Assembly: GCA_040389905.1 (NCBI GenBank)
Contig: JAZJZK010000007.1
Span: 96,001-160,000 of the forward strand
DNA: 64,000 bases
Direction of reading: 5' to 3'
Origin: Gemmatimonadota bacterium
Lineage (GTDB): Bacteria > Gemmatimonadota > Gemmatimonadetes > Gemmatimonadales > Gemmatimonadaceae
Below are positions 1 through 9,296 of the stretch, piece after piece (position 1 is the first letter of the stretch; every line of letters starts with the position of its first letter). The translations under genes were made by a program, and so were the position numbers. The notes beneath the pieces were generated by a model that saw only the letters and a list, made by a program, of their open reading frames with translations, was not told the origin of the DNA and searched no databases.

Positions 1-1
1 A

Positions 2-445
2 CACGAAGTCAAAGTTGGCGCGGTCTACGATCTGTTCGAACTAAAACTTCGCGAGTACTTGGGGGAACGAATCGTCGTACCATGTGTTGTCAAGTTGCTG
101 GATGACATCAATGGCAGTGAGGAGCTATTCTTGCCCAAACGCGTGATGTCAGCCTGCTTGACCGCAATTTGCTCAAATATCGATGCACGCGCGTTCCCCA
201 ACGACGATTACGAGGAGCCAGAAGTGCAAGTACAAGTGACACGACGCATTGACAGCGTCGGCAGCTCTCACATCCAATTTGCGATCAGTAATAATGGGGA
301 GCCACTGCGCAGACCAACGAGGACTGGCAAGGCGTCAAAGCGAGCAGCCGCGGCGATTGCGCTCTATGAAGGGGATTTGAGCAGTCCATATGTCGACGAT
401 GCTGGCAATGTGTGTGTCAATCTTGTAGCCAGGTCGTGGAGTTAA
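2..445 (+). CDS. 3' part of a protein with a degenerate HATPase_c (histidine-kinase ATPase)-like C-terminus; runs off the window's left edge
   Basis: Frame is open from nt 2. Motifs resemble N-box (ICSNIDARAF), G1 (ISNNG) and G2 (TGK). Stop abuts a receiver-domain gene. Confidence 0.45.
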   Translation, partial: HEVKVGAVYDLFELKLREYLGERIVVPCVVKLLDDINGSEELFLPKRVMSACLTAICSNIDARAFPNDDYEEPEVQVQVTRRIDSVGSSHIQFAISNNGEPLRRPTRTGKASKRAAAAIALYEGDLSSPYVDDAGNVCVNLVARSWS

Positions 446-447
446 CG

Positions 448-2037
448 GTGCCGACAATCTTGGTGGTAGATAACAATGGGCCGTCGCTTAGCGCGTTTTG
501 TGACGTGTTGGAGGCAACGAGTGGATTTCAGGTTGTTAGGGCATTGTCGCGCGAAGAAGCGTTGGCGCGCCTTGAGTCGATGGATGACGTCGACATCGCG
601 TTTGTGGACCTTTTGCTGAGCCAGCTTCCCTATAATGGGGGCAAGCAAGTCCTTGATCAGCCGACGGGGTTGGCGGTTGTGGAACGTGCCAGGAACCGAT
701 TCCCATTTGCTCACTTGGTTCTGTACTCCACGGCATTTGACTCGGAGGGGACCGAGATCACCGCTGAATACCGAAGGAAGGCCATCAAGGCAGGCGCGAG
801 TGACGTCCAGTCCCGTAACTGGCTTGACGGTTTGGTTGAGGAAAGTGCGCGCGAGTACGTCGAGACCGCCTTGAAGGCTAGTTTCGACCAACAGCGCGCT
901 GCGACACCAATAGAGTGGGGAAGCGACATTCGAACGCAGGCTCTTCGCGAGCGACCGGGTGAAGGTGTGGTACTGAAGGCTTTGACGCGCGCGATCGCCG
1001 AAGGCGTATCGCACAACGTTACGAGCCTAGGAGGAGGGCGCTCTGGTGCGATCATGGCAGGCGTCCTATCAAAGCGCGTCGGCGCGACCACACTCCGAAA
1101 CGTTCTGAAGTTCGACCGACGGGAATTCGCGCTCTCCCGTGAGCTGCTTGGTAAGCCACGCGTCGGGTCGCCCGAAGAGTCTACCAGCGTCGCTCCCGCG
1201 ACCGAAGTCTATGGCCCATTGGCAGGCTGGTATGTCGTGCGGATGAGGGAAGTTGAGCATGCTCTGCGTCTTCAGCAATTCCTTCTTACCGTTGACGAAG
1301 GGGACCGCAGGACGCGAGTGGCTCAGGCTGTAGCCGAGGCATGTCTGTTTAGACCTGCGCGGGTTTGGAGCCCGATCGCTTCAGGTTTGCAGGAAAGGGA
1401 CTATCGTCTCACCTTTGCGTTCGGTAGCGAGGTGCTTGACTCGCTAGATGAATTGCATGAAGTCGTCGCCCACCTCTGGACCGGGGGCGACGAGCAGATT
1501 GCCAGCGTTCGGCGATTCTTGGTGTTCGCTGTGACCCGCGGCGGATGGTCATTGCTCCGAGATAGTCGCGGTCTGGCATTTCTGCACGGTGATATGCATA
1601 CGCGCAATATCATTCTTGATGGAATGGATCGTCCCTATGTGCTGGATTTTGCCAGCGCGCGCGCGTATCCACGGTGCACGGATATTGCCGCAATGCATGT
1701 AGACCTTATCGCCACGGTTCTCGATTGTCAGGAAGGCAACCAACACATTGCAGCTCGCGCTACCGCTGCATGGGAAATTGTGTGGTCGATGTTCCCGTTT
1801 GCTCAGCGTGATGAGCCTGGCAGCTCTCATCAGGGATTCCAAAAGCTAGTGAACGACATGGTATTTGCTGCTGTTGTCGCGCTTGGTGATGTGTCCGATA
1901 CCGAGTATGAGAACGCGATGCTCTTCCAGTGCTTGCGCTACATGAGAATGTCGTATCTTCCCCTTGTTCGCCGCGCGATTCTAATGCGAATCGCCGCATC
2001 GCTTGTCGAGAGACTGCGACTAGATACAGCTGGGTGA
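448..2037 (+). CDS. Response-regulator receiver domain fused to an APH/protein-kinase-like phosphotransferase
   Basis: N-terminal ILVVDNN...AFVDLLL receiver motifs. C-terminal GGGRSGA loop, VLKFD lysine, HGDMHTRNII catalytic loop and LDFA. GTG at 448 follows GGAG. Confidence 0.75.
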   Translation: MPTILVVDNNGPSLSAFCDVLEATSGFQVVRALSREEALARLESMDDVDIAFVDLLLSQLPYNGGKQVLDQPTGLAVVERARNRFPFAHLVLYSTAFDSEGTEITAEYRRKAIKAGASDVQSRNWLDGLVEESAREYVETALKASFDQQRAATPIEWGSDIRTQALRERPGEGVVLKALTRAIAEGVSHNVTSLGGGRSGAIMAGVLSKRVGATTLRNVLKFDRREFALSRELLGKPRVGSPEESTSVAPATEVYGPLAGWYVVRMREVEHALRLQQFLLTVDEGDRRTRVAQAVAEACLFRPARVWSPIASGLQERDYRLTFAFGSEVLDSLDELHEVVAHLWTGGDEQIASVRRFLVFAVTRGGWSLLRDSRGLAFLHGDMHTRNIILDGMDRPYVLDFASARAYPRCTDIAAMHVDLIATVLDCQEGNQHIAARATAAWEIVWSMFPFAQRDEPGSSHQGFQKLVNDMVFAAVVALGDVSDTEYENAMLFQCLRYMRMSYLPLVRRAILMRIAASLVERLRLDTAG

Positions 2038-2398
2038 TATGCGCAAGTCCACCCGGAATCGGACCAGGCACCGTGCGACGGATTGATGATCCGACCCGTC
2101 TACCGATGCGTTCAAGCGGTTCACGTGGGATATCGAGTTTCGGAATATCCTGGTAATGCGTTGCCGTGTCGACGTACGTACGCGCAGACTCGTGAATGTC
2201 GCCGTAGTGGCGATGACCATCGGTCGACAACTGCTCGCGTGAAGCGGAGTAGTCACCACTGAACTTGAAGAGCTCCCCCAGCCGCTTCACACGCCATTCC
2301 CCGTGGGATCCTGCGAGGCGGGTCTGGCCGGTGAGGAGTTACTGCATGGCTGCTTGCTTCGGATCGCGTTACTTGCCGATGAGCCGGTCCAACCGTTC

Positions 2399-2741
2399 GG
2401 GACTGCACACGATCGTCGCCAAGCCTCGAACGACTGAACTGGCACACGATTACCGCCGATACTGTTTCCAGGCCGCAGCGATTCGCCAACAGTTCCTCTT
2501 CTACGCTGTTGGCACAAAGGTCTCTGGCATCAGCAAGACAAATATTCCGAAGTCGACCTTGCCTGTCCCGTCAGTGGCAGAACAAACCGCAATCGCGCCA
2601 GTGCTCTCCGACATGGATGCCGAGCTGGCAGCACTCGACGCCCGCCGCGAGAAGACACGCGCGCTCAAGCAGGCAATGATGCAGGAACTGCTCACCGGCC
2701 GCGCACGTTTGGTCGGCCCTGATGCACAGGCGAAGGCGTGA
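2399..2741 (+). pseudogene. hsdS: C-terminal fragment of a type I restriction-modification specificity subunit
   Basis: PVPSVAEQTAIAPVLSDMDAELAALDARREKTRALKQAMMQELLTGRARL is the conserved HsdS helical spacer/terminus; the N-terminal half is missing. Left boundary approximate. Confidence 0.8.
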
Positions 2742-3285
2742 GCAACGAGCCGCGGCCGCAGTCCGAGATCGTCCTCTACCAGACGGAGGACGGCCGCACG
2801 CGCATCGAATGCCGTTCGAGAATGAAACGCTATGGCTGACTCAGGCCCAGATCGCCGAGTTGTTCCAAGGCCACGCCGCAGAACGTGATGCTCCGCCTGA
2901 AGGCTATCTGCCGAAGGCGAATTGTCGGAGGAGGCAACCTGTAAGGATCACTTACAAGTTCGCGCCGAAGGCAAACGTGAGGTCTCGCGACGCCTGCGCC
3001 ACTACCGTCTCGAAGGCATCCTCGCCGTCCGTTTCCGCGTCCGTGGTCACCGCGGTACGCAGTTCCGCCAATGGGCCACCGCGCGCTTGAGCGAATACCT
3101 GGTGAAGGGATTCACCATGGACGACGAGCGCCTCAGGACTCCGCCCGGCAAAGGGCACACGGACTACTTCGACGAACTGCTGGAGCGCATCCGGGACATC
3201 CGCGCCAGCGAGCGGCGGGTGTACCTGCGAGTCCGGGAGATCCTCGCATTGGCGGCGGACTACGACGCCACCGAGCCAGCCTGGA
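2738..3285 (+). pseudogene. Frameshifted, truncated RhuM/virulence-family DNA-binding protein
   Basis: SEIVLYQTEDGRTRI, ENETLWLTQAQIAELFQ and GTQFRQWATARLSEYLVKGFTMDDERL...DYFDELLERIRDIRASERR lie in different frames; homology stops near 3285. Confidence 0.8.
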
Positions 3286-3291
3286 GAGGAG

Positions 3292-3400
3292 CCATGGTAG
3301 GAGGTTCGTTGAGCCAATGGACAAGCACTACCCCTCGTGGCGAGAAGCGCGTGCCGAGCTGAATGAGCTTCCGTTGGCACCCGAAACATGGAAGCACTGA
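3292..3400 (+). pseudogene. C-terminal remnant of a YgjP/M48-like metallopeptidase of the kind found at the end of type I RM operons
   Basis: HGRRFVEPMDKHYPSWREARAELNELPLAPETW resembles that family's C-terminus; no N-terminal part is present. Confidence 0.55.
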
Positions 3401-3407
3401 GAGGTGC

Positions 3408-3797
3408 TCAGCGGATCAGGTTGATCTCGACGCCGATGCTCAGTCCTCGCCAAGCACCGTCTGCGGTAAGCGCTGACACACCAAGATTCTTCGCCGTCGC
3501 CAAGCAGATACAATCGCCAAGGGAAAGCCCACGATCTCGAGTCGCGGCATGAATGCTCGCGGCTACCACCCCGATGTCCCAGTCGCAGGGGACGATTCGC
3601 AGGCCAAGCCGCGACACCACGGTCGCTGCCTCCGAGATCGGGAGGAAACGAGCGAGCACCGAAATACATTCGACGGCATTCACTGCACTGATCGCAGCGT
3701 TCAACAAACGTCGCCCAACGACATCCGCACCCGCTTCTCCGCCTGCGAATGCGATGACTGCCGAGGAATCGAGAACGACGAGACTATCGCTTGCCAC
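3408..3797 (-). CDS. vapC: PIN-domain VapC toxin
   Basis: VVLDSSAVIA...LSLGDCICLATA...LTAD PIN motifs; overlaps the upstream antitoxin. Confidence 0.9.
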   Translation of the reverse strand: MASDSLVVLDSSAVIAFAGGEAGADVVGRRLLNAAISAVNAVECISVLARFLPISEAATVVSRLGLRIVPCDWDIGVVAASIHAATRDRGLSLGDCICLATAKNLGVSALTADGAWRGLSIGVEINLIR

Positions 3798-4080
3798 GCC
3801 GCCTCACCGTGGGCGCCACCGTCGCGGCAACGTCGAGCGATCGGTCCTCCGCGCGTCGCAACGCTTTGAGCTCGTCCAGCAGCGACACATTCTGCGGCAG
3901 GGCCCTCGACACGGCCGCCTGGAGCTCGCGAGCCGCCATCTCGCGCGTCCACAGCAGAATTCCGTCCGCAGTAACATCGAGCAGCAGCGTATCGCCCGGC
4001 TTGAGGCCGAGCCTATGCCGCACCTCGGCCGGCAGCAGCACTCGGCCATTGGCTTCAAGACGAACTTCCACGGGCGGCAT
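3784..4080 (-). CDS. AbrB/MazE/SpoVT-family antitoxin
   Basis: EANGRVLLPAEVRHRLGLKPGDTL AbrB fold; start uncertain. Confidence 0.85.
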   Translation of the reverse strand: MPPVEVRLEANGRVLLPAEVRHRLGLKPGDTLLLDVTADGILLWTREMAARELQAAVSRALPQNVSLLDELKALRRAEDRSLDVAATVAPTVRRRGKR

Positions 4081-4369
4081 GAAATTCCCTTGTCTGGCAG
4101 GAACGTCATAATCTAGCAAGTTGGTCGTCATATGGCCAATGCCCTCTGCTGCTCCGCGGTGAGGAAAGCTTCGGATCGCGTGTCGACGCGGAGCCTGTAG
4201 CGTTGACAAATCTGGCAGAAGATGCGGACAGAAGCCGTACCAAAACATCCGTCGCCGGTCCAAAAAACAGTTTGAGTTTGTGGCGAAGAAGAGGCCCGAT
4301 GGGCGCTTGAAATGCCACCGGCTCGCACATTAGGCTCCAGATGGTACCACTCCCCAGTTCCTGACGCCG

Positions 4370-4612
4370 ATGCCAACAGTGACGATCAAGGGGATGCCCG
4401 TTCCCCTGTACCAACGCCTCAAAGCGCGCGCTGCCGAGCATCGCCACAGCTTGAATAGCGAGATTCTGGTCGCGCTCGAGCAGGTCGTTGCTGCGGAACC
4501 GGTGGACGCGCACGTGCTGCTCGCGCGCGCGGACGCCTTGCGCTCGACACTCCGCGTCGCCCCGCTGACAGAGGCTCGGCTGCGCACGGCGAAAGCGCAT
4601 GGGCGAGCCTGA
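4370..4612 (+). CDS. Arc/FitA-like ribbon-helix-helix antitoxin
   Basis: MPTVTIKGMP..LYQRLKARAAEHRHSLNSEI; TGATG coupling to a PIN gene. Confidence 0.85.
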   Translation: MPTVTIKGMPVPLYQRLKARAAEHRHSLNSEILVALEQVVAAEPVDAHVLLARADALRSTLRVAPLTEARLRTAKAHGRA

Positions 4613-5013
4613 TGATCGTCGTCGACACCAACGTTGATGCGTATCTACTCATTCCGGGGCAATTCACGGAAGCGGCGCGCGCAACGCTGGTGAAGGACCC
4701 GAAATGGGCAGCACCGATGTTCTGGCGCAGCGAGTTTCGCAACATCCTTTCCCTGTACGTGCGCAAGCGAGAACTTTCCCTCGCGCAGGCCGTCGCTCTT
4801 CAAGAGACAGCTGAATCGCTCCTGACCGGAAGAGAGTATGTCGCGGAATCGGAGGATGTGTTAAGCCTAGCCGCGGCCTCAGCGCGATCCGCGTACGACT
4901 GCGAGTTCGTGGCCGTCGCTCGCCGTCTCAAACGACGACTCGTAACGTCCGACAAGCAACTGCTTGCAAGTTTTCCGGAAGACACGGTGCCGCTCGTTAC
5001 CTTCGCGACCTGA
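4612..5013 (+). CDS. vapC: PIN-domain VapC toxin
   Basis: MIVVDTNV...SAYDCEFVAVA...LVTSDKQL. Confidence 0.9.
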   Translation: MIVVDTNVDAYLLIPGQFTEAARATLVKDPKWAAPMFWRSEFRNILSLYVRKRELSLAQAVALQETAESLLTGREYVAESEDVLSLAAASARSAYDCEFVAVARRLKRRLVTSDKQLLASFPEDTVPLVTFAT

Positions 5014-5124
5014 GCCCGAAGTCGAGTTGGAGTGTTACCGCGCCCTCTCTTGTCCGGCGCGCCTAACGCGCCCATAGTATCCGTCACGAAATCCAGTCGC
5101 ACCGCTGACGATCTGTGAGGCAGA

Positions 5125-5958
5125 ATGCGCCCTACGCGCGGCTACTTCCCTGACGACGACCTCGACACCGACGATGACGACACGTCGGACGACGACTACG
5201 AGTCCGACGACCTCGATCTCGACGACCCCGTCCCCGTAGCGCCCGACTCCAAGCCCACCTTCTCCCTCGACCCCAGGGAAATCGCCCGCGCCTATCGCGT
5301 CCCCGACCGCCCGCGCCCCGAACCCCGCGAGTCTCGCGAACCCCGCGAGCCCGGCGCCCTCCGCGCCCCCGAGCCCAAGCTCTCCCCCGATCCCGCCGTC
5401 TGGCTCAAGTCCAACGCCATGACGCAAACGGAGGTCAGCCTCCGCCTCGCCACTTATCTCATTACGCAGAGACTCATCACTGAAGACGTCTCCGTCTCAC
5501 TCCCCGGCTACGAGCTCACCCGCCGCAAGACGCCACGCTTCCCCGTCGTCCGTTATCTAATAGAACGCGGCTTCAAGCCCGTCCAGGTCCAGGAAGACTG
5601 GCGCGCCAGCTACCGTCTCAAGGACGCCAGGTTCAACATCCGCCTAAGCAACGACGCCGACGTTCCCGACGTCATGACCATGCTCACCTCTGGCCGCCGC
5701 TTCATCGCGTACACGAGTCGCGGTTCCCTCGACAGCACCCGCAGCCCTGCCGAGCACAGGTTCCTCCGCGCGGTGATCGGCCAGGCGATTACCTGCGAGA
5801 CCTTCGAAGGCAACGACGTCATCGCCGCGGTCGTCCCACGCTCGAATCGCTTCCGCAAACTCGCCAGTCGCTGGCGCACGGCCACCGGCGTCGCTCGCGC
5901 AGGCCTGCACATCCTTACGGTAGATCGCGCCGGCTTGGTCGACGGATTACCCCGATAG
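5125..5958 (+). CDS. Hypothetical protein: acidic N-terminal tail plus a possible degenerate PD-(D/E)xK nuclease-like domain
   Basis: Long ORF with strong codon bias; VPDV...RFIAYTSRG...VIGQAI...AAVVP pattern. Confidence 0.6.
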   Translation: MRPTRGYFPDDDLDTDDDDTSDDDYESDDLDLDDPVPVAPDSKPTFSLDPREIARAYRVPDRPRPEPRESREPREPGALRAPEPKLSPDPAVWLKSNAMTQTEVSLRLATYLITQRLITEDVSVSLPGYELTRRKTPRFPVVRYLIERGFKPVQVQEDWRASYRLKDARFNIRLSNDADVPDVMTMLTSGRRFIAYTSRGSLDSTRSPAEHRFLRAVIGQAITCETFEGNDVIAAVVPRSNRFRKLASRWRTATGVARAGLHILTVDRAGLVDGLPR

Positions 5959-6229
5959 GGCAGCGCCTCCGCCGCTAAAGCGCTTCAGCACTTCCGCGAG
6001 CACCTCACAAATCTGATGTGGATAAGCTGTCAAGGGCTGTTTTCGCATGCGCAAGAGTGGACGTAACCGTCAGCAACACAAGCGCTTACGCCACTCGCCG
6101 CCTCGCCGCCAAAGTAACGCCGCGAAACGCTCCTACTCGAGAGTGAAAAAACAACCCTTTAGTAGGGAGACTCGAGCGACACGATTTGGCGAGCCACCCA
6201 CCGAGATGCTTACGCGACAGATCAAGCTG

Positions 6230-6730
6230 CACCGCCGAACCATTACAAAGAACGACCGGACAACCACAAAGAACGGCCCGACACCCACAAAGAACAGCCG
6301 GACAACCACGCAGAACCGCTGGACAACCACAAAGAACCGCCGGACAACCACAATCACCAACGCAACACCTCGAAATATCACCGGACAGAACACGATACCC
6401 ACGCAGGCCGACACGACGACCACCCAGACAACCGCCTGAACCACTCGGCCACACGCAAAGAGCACGCGGCCATCCACAAAGATCACCCGGCCACCCGTCA
6501 GTACCACGCAGCCAAACGACAATTACACCCGACCAATCGACCATGACACCCGAACACGCGCGCAGTCCGCCCGGACAATCGACCGCAACGCCCGAACACC
6601 TCGCAGGAGCACGCGAACAATGAAGAGAATCACCTGAACACATCGGAACAACGCGTCGCCAACGCACCGCATCACCGAAACAGGCGACCACTCCGCACGA
6701 ACAGCGACAAATGACACCAACACGGTCGGC
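6230..6730 (+). repeat. Degenerate 21-bp tandem array, A/C-rich on the + strand
   Basis: Units at 6251 aacgaccggacaaccacaaag, 6272 aacggcccgacacccacaaag, 6293, 6314 and 6335; periodicity decays rightwards, so the right boundary is approximate. Confidence 0.75.
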
Positions 6731-6797
6731 GTGACGGACGCGCACACCGACCTTCTCTCCCTTCCGCGTCCACAACCAGAACCAATAGGTACCCGCA

Positions 6798-7487
6798 ATG
6801 CAAATGAAACAGCAGCGCCGCATCGATTCACTCCGCCGGATCCTCGACTACCTCGTGATCTACGCGGAAAAACTCGGCAGCATCGCGACGTCTGAGCCCG
6901 CCACTCAGCTCAGCATCTCGATTGCCACCGCCGAGTCACTCGGGAACGAGCAGGGTAGTGCTCAGCGTCGCATCTTCGGGCAGTTCTCCCGCGAGAGTGC
7001 GATCACGCGCGAGCTCCGCGTCGTGCACATGCAGCCGATCATCACGTTCGCAAAGGCTCGGCTGCATGGCGTTCCCGACATCGCCGCACTCACACCGTCA
7101 CCGCGGAATCTGCTCGGTCCGCACCTCGTTCGCGCGGCGCGGACGATGGCGACGGCGGCTGCACCATACGCCGAGGTGCTCACGCAGGGCGGATTTCCGC
7201 ACGACGCCCTTGCCCAACTCGGCGCCGCGGCGGACGCACTCGAGGCAGCATGGCTCGATCGCGGCAACACCAGGGTCGATCGCGCAAAATCGACGCACGG
7301 CATCAAGTGCGCGCTCGATTCCGGCGCGGAGGCGGTTTCGATCCTCAATGCACTTGTCACAAGACAGTTTGCGAAGGACCCAACATTCCTCGCCGGTTGG
7401 AACATCGCCCGGCGCGTTCACGCGAAGCCTGGCACTCTTCGCGCGGGCGTCGCATCCGAAACGCCGGAGCACACCGCCGCTGCATAG
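6798..7487 (+). CDS. Hypothetical all-helical protein
   Basis: 229-aa ORF, Ala/Leu-rich and amphipathic; no recognisable catalytic motif. Confidence 0.75.
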   Translation: MQMKQQRRIDSLRRILDYLVIYAEKLGSIATSEPATQLSISIATAESLGNEQGSAQRRIFGQFSRESAITRELRVVHMQPIITFAKARLHGVPDIAALTPSPRNLLGPHLVRAARTMATAAAPYAEVLTQGGFPHDALAQLGAAADALEAAWLDRGNTRVDRAKSTHGIKCALDSGAEAVSILNALVTRQFAKDPTFLAGWNIARRVHAKPGTLRAGVASETPEHTAAA

Positions 7488-7579
7488 CGGTGCGTAACAA
7501 GAGACCTGCATTCGCGTCAGTTCAAGAGCGGGTGCAGGTCTCGGTGCGGTGCAAAGAGCGAAGCAAGCCGCGCGACGAG

Positions 7580-7714
7580 CGTGAAGGAACCGTGAAAGAG
7601 ACCGTGAAGAAAAGCGTGAAGAAGGCCGTGAAGACAGGCGTGAAACTGCGTGCACGGGTTTTCACGTCTTTATTCACATAGTTCTTCACGGGTCACTTCA
7701 CGTCGTCGTTCACG
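7580..7714. repeat. ~12-bp periodic CGTGAA array mirrored as an inverted TTCACG array
   Basis: CGTGAA at 7580, 7591, 7603, 7615, 7627, 7639; central palindrome CGTGCACG at 7649; TTCAC(G) at 7661, 7673, 7685, 7697, 7709. Confidence 0.85.
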
Positions 7715-8202
7715 GCCTCAGCTTCTCGGTCATTGAAGAAGCGGCCGCTTCCTTGCATTGCATCGACCGCGGCTGAAGGCGCGGCACCCTGCCGTGGACA
7801 TGCAGCATCGATCGACGCGAGCCGCGGCGTTCGCCCCTCAATCAAGAATATGACATGCGCAATTCAGGCAAAGCGCCGACGTTCCCGGTATGGGTCATTT
7901 CCCTGATTCTCTACGTCGTTGCACTCGCGGCGCATTTTGGCTTCGTGCGAGTCGGTGAGCCCGCGGCAACCTGGTCATGGATCATTGGGTTGGGCCTGCT
8001 GCTGATTGCGTGCCGAGTCCGGGGCCTTTGAATCGAGTGCTCCAAGGCAGCACGCATCCACTTCTTGATGCGCGGTTCGACGGAGTCAGGGCATTTTGAA
8101 CATGTGTGACCGATTGTCCACGTATCGAGATCCGCGTGACCCGCTCGGTGGTGCGATGGACATGGCCGTTTCACGACGGACGGGAAGCTGCCACATTACG
8201 GC

Positions 8203-9249
8203 GTGTTCACCATCTGCATTCACTGCTGCCAGAAGCTCGGCACGAACGAGCTGATCGAGCACTTCCCCGTCGGCGAGAAACTCGCGTTCGACTCCGACCG
8301 CGGCCGCCTCTGGGTCATTTGCCCGCATTGCGCCCGCTGGAACCTCACGCCCCTCGAGGAACGTTGGGAAGCCGTAGAGGAATGCGAGCGCCAGTTCCGC
8401 GCGCAACGCTTACGCGCGCAGACCACCAACATCGGCTACGCCAACACCCGCGCGGGACTCGGCTTGGTGCGCATTGGCGCTCCGCTGCGTCCCGAGTTCG
8501 CCGCGTGGCGATACGGCCGCGAGTTCAGCCGCCGCCGCGCACGTGCCATCGCCATCGTCGGAGGCGGAGCGCTCCTCGGCGCGGGCCTGATCGTCGGAAC
8601 CGCCGCATTCGGCGCCGCACTCTTCCTTCCGCATCTGGCCTTTGGCGTCGCGAATCGGATACGAGAGTCGGTCGGCGGCGGGCTGAACCTGCGCATTCCA
8701 CGCGGCGGCTCGCGCGAGTGGAATGTGTCGAAAGAGCGAACCATGATCCTCGCCGACGGCAACGGTGGCTGGATGCTGCACGTCCGTCACGAATTCGGCA
8801 CCGAGGAGTATCGCGGCGCGGAGGCGCTGCGCTTCCTCTCGATGCTGCTCGCCCGCGTGAATGGCGCTGGCGCGCGGGACAACATGATCCGTCGCGCCGT
8901 CGTCGAGGTCGAGCAAAGCCCGCTTCTCGGAATGCTCGAGCAGATCGCCGTGGCGTCAACCGAATTCTGGACGCTCGACCGCGAGCGTCAGGCGTTGTTC
9001 GATGGCAGACGGTTCAAGATGCACGAAAGGCACCGGCCACCAAACCGTGCCGGCATCGGGCGCATCGATCCGGTCAAGCGACTTGCAATCGAGATGGCCC
9101 TGCACGAATCCGCGGAGCAAAAGGCGATCGACGGCGACCTCGCCGAGCTCGAAGCATCGTGGCGGGCAGCGGAAGAGATTGCGGGAATCGCGGACGACCT
9201 TCTCTTGCCTCCATCGGTGACCGAGTTCATCTCGAAGAACAAGCGTTGA
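8203..9249 (+). CDS. Hypothetical membrane protein with an N-terminal Zn-ribbon
   Basis: CIHC...CPHC pairs and a hydrophobic segment (AIAIVGGGALLGAGLIVG). Confidence 0.8.
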   Translation: MFTICIHCCQKLGTNELIEHFPVGEKLAFDSDRGRLWVICPHCARWNLTPLEERWEAVEECERQFRAQRLRAQTTNIGYANTRAGLGLVRIGAPLRPEFAAWRYGREFSRRRARAIAIVGGGALLGAGLIVGTAAFGAALFLPHLAFGVANRIRESVGGGLNLRIPRGGSREWNVSKERTMILADGNGGWMLHVRHEFGTEEYRGAEALRFLSMLLARVNGAGARDNMIRRAVVEVEQSPLLGMLEQIAVASTEFWTLDRERQALFDGRRFKMHERHRPPNRAGIGRIDPVKRLAIEMALHESAEQKAIDGDLAELEASWRAAEEIAGIADDLLLPPSVTEFISKNKR

Positions 9250-9296
9250 CGGTGTATTGCGCCCACTTGCCCCACGGAATTAGAGCCGAGCAGATT

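Noticed and set aside
3408..5013. Functional link between the VapC toxins and the rtcB/tRNA operon
   Set aside because: They are over 30 kb apart with no sequence evidence of coupling.
6230..6730. Possible CRISPR array
   Set aside because: Units are contiguous 21-mers without unique spacers, and no cas genes are present.
6047..6831. Several overlapping ORFs across the repeat array
   Set aside because: Low-complexity translations in all frames; likely by-products of the repeat. A real coding frame cannot be excluded.
8106..9296. 565-aa ORF as a long Uma2 fusion
   Set aside because: The N-terminal part is an Arg-rich shadow frame of the real 8203-9249 gene; Uma2 starts at 9297.
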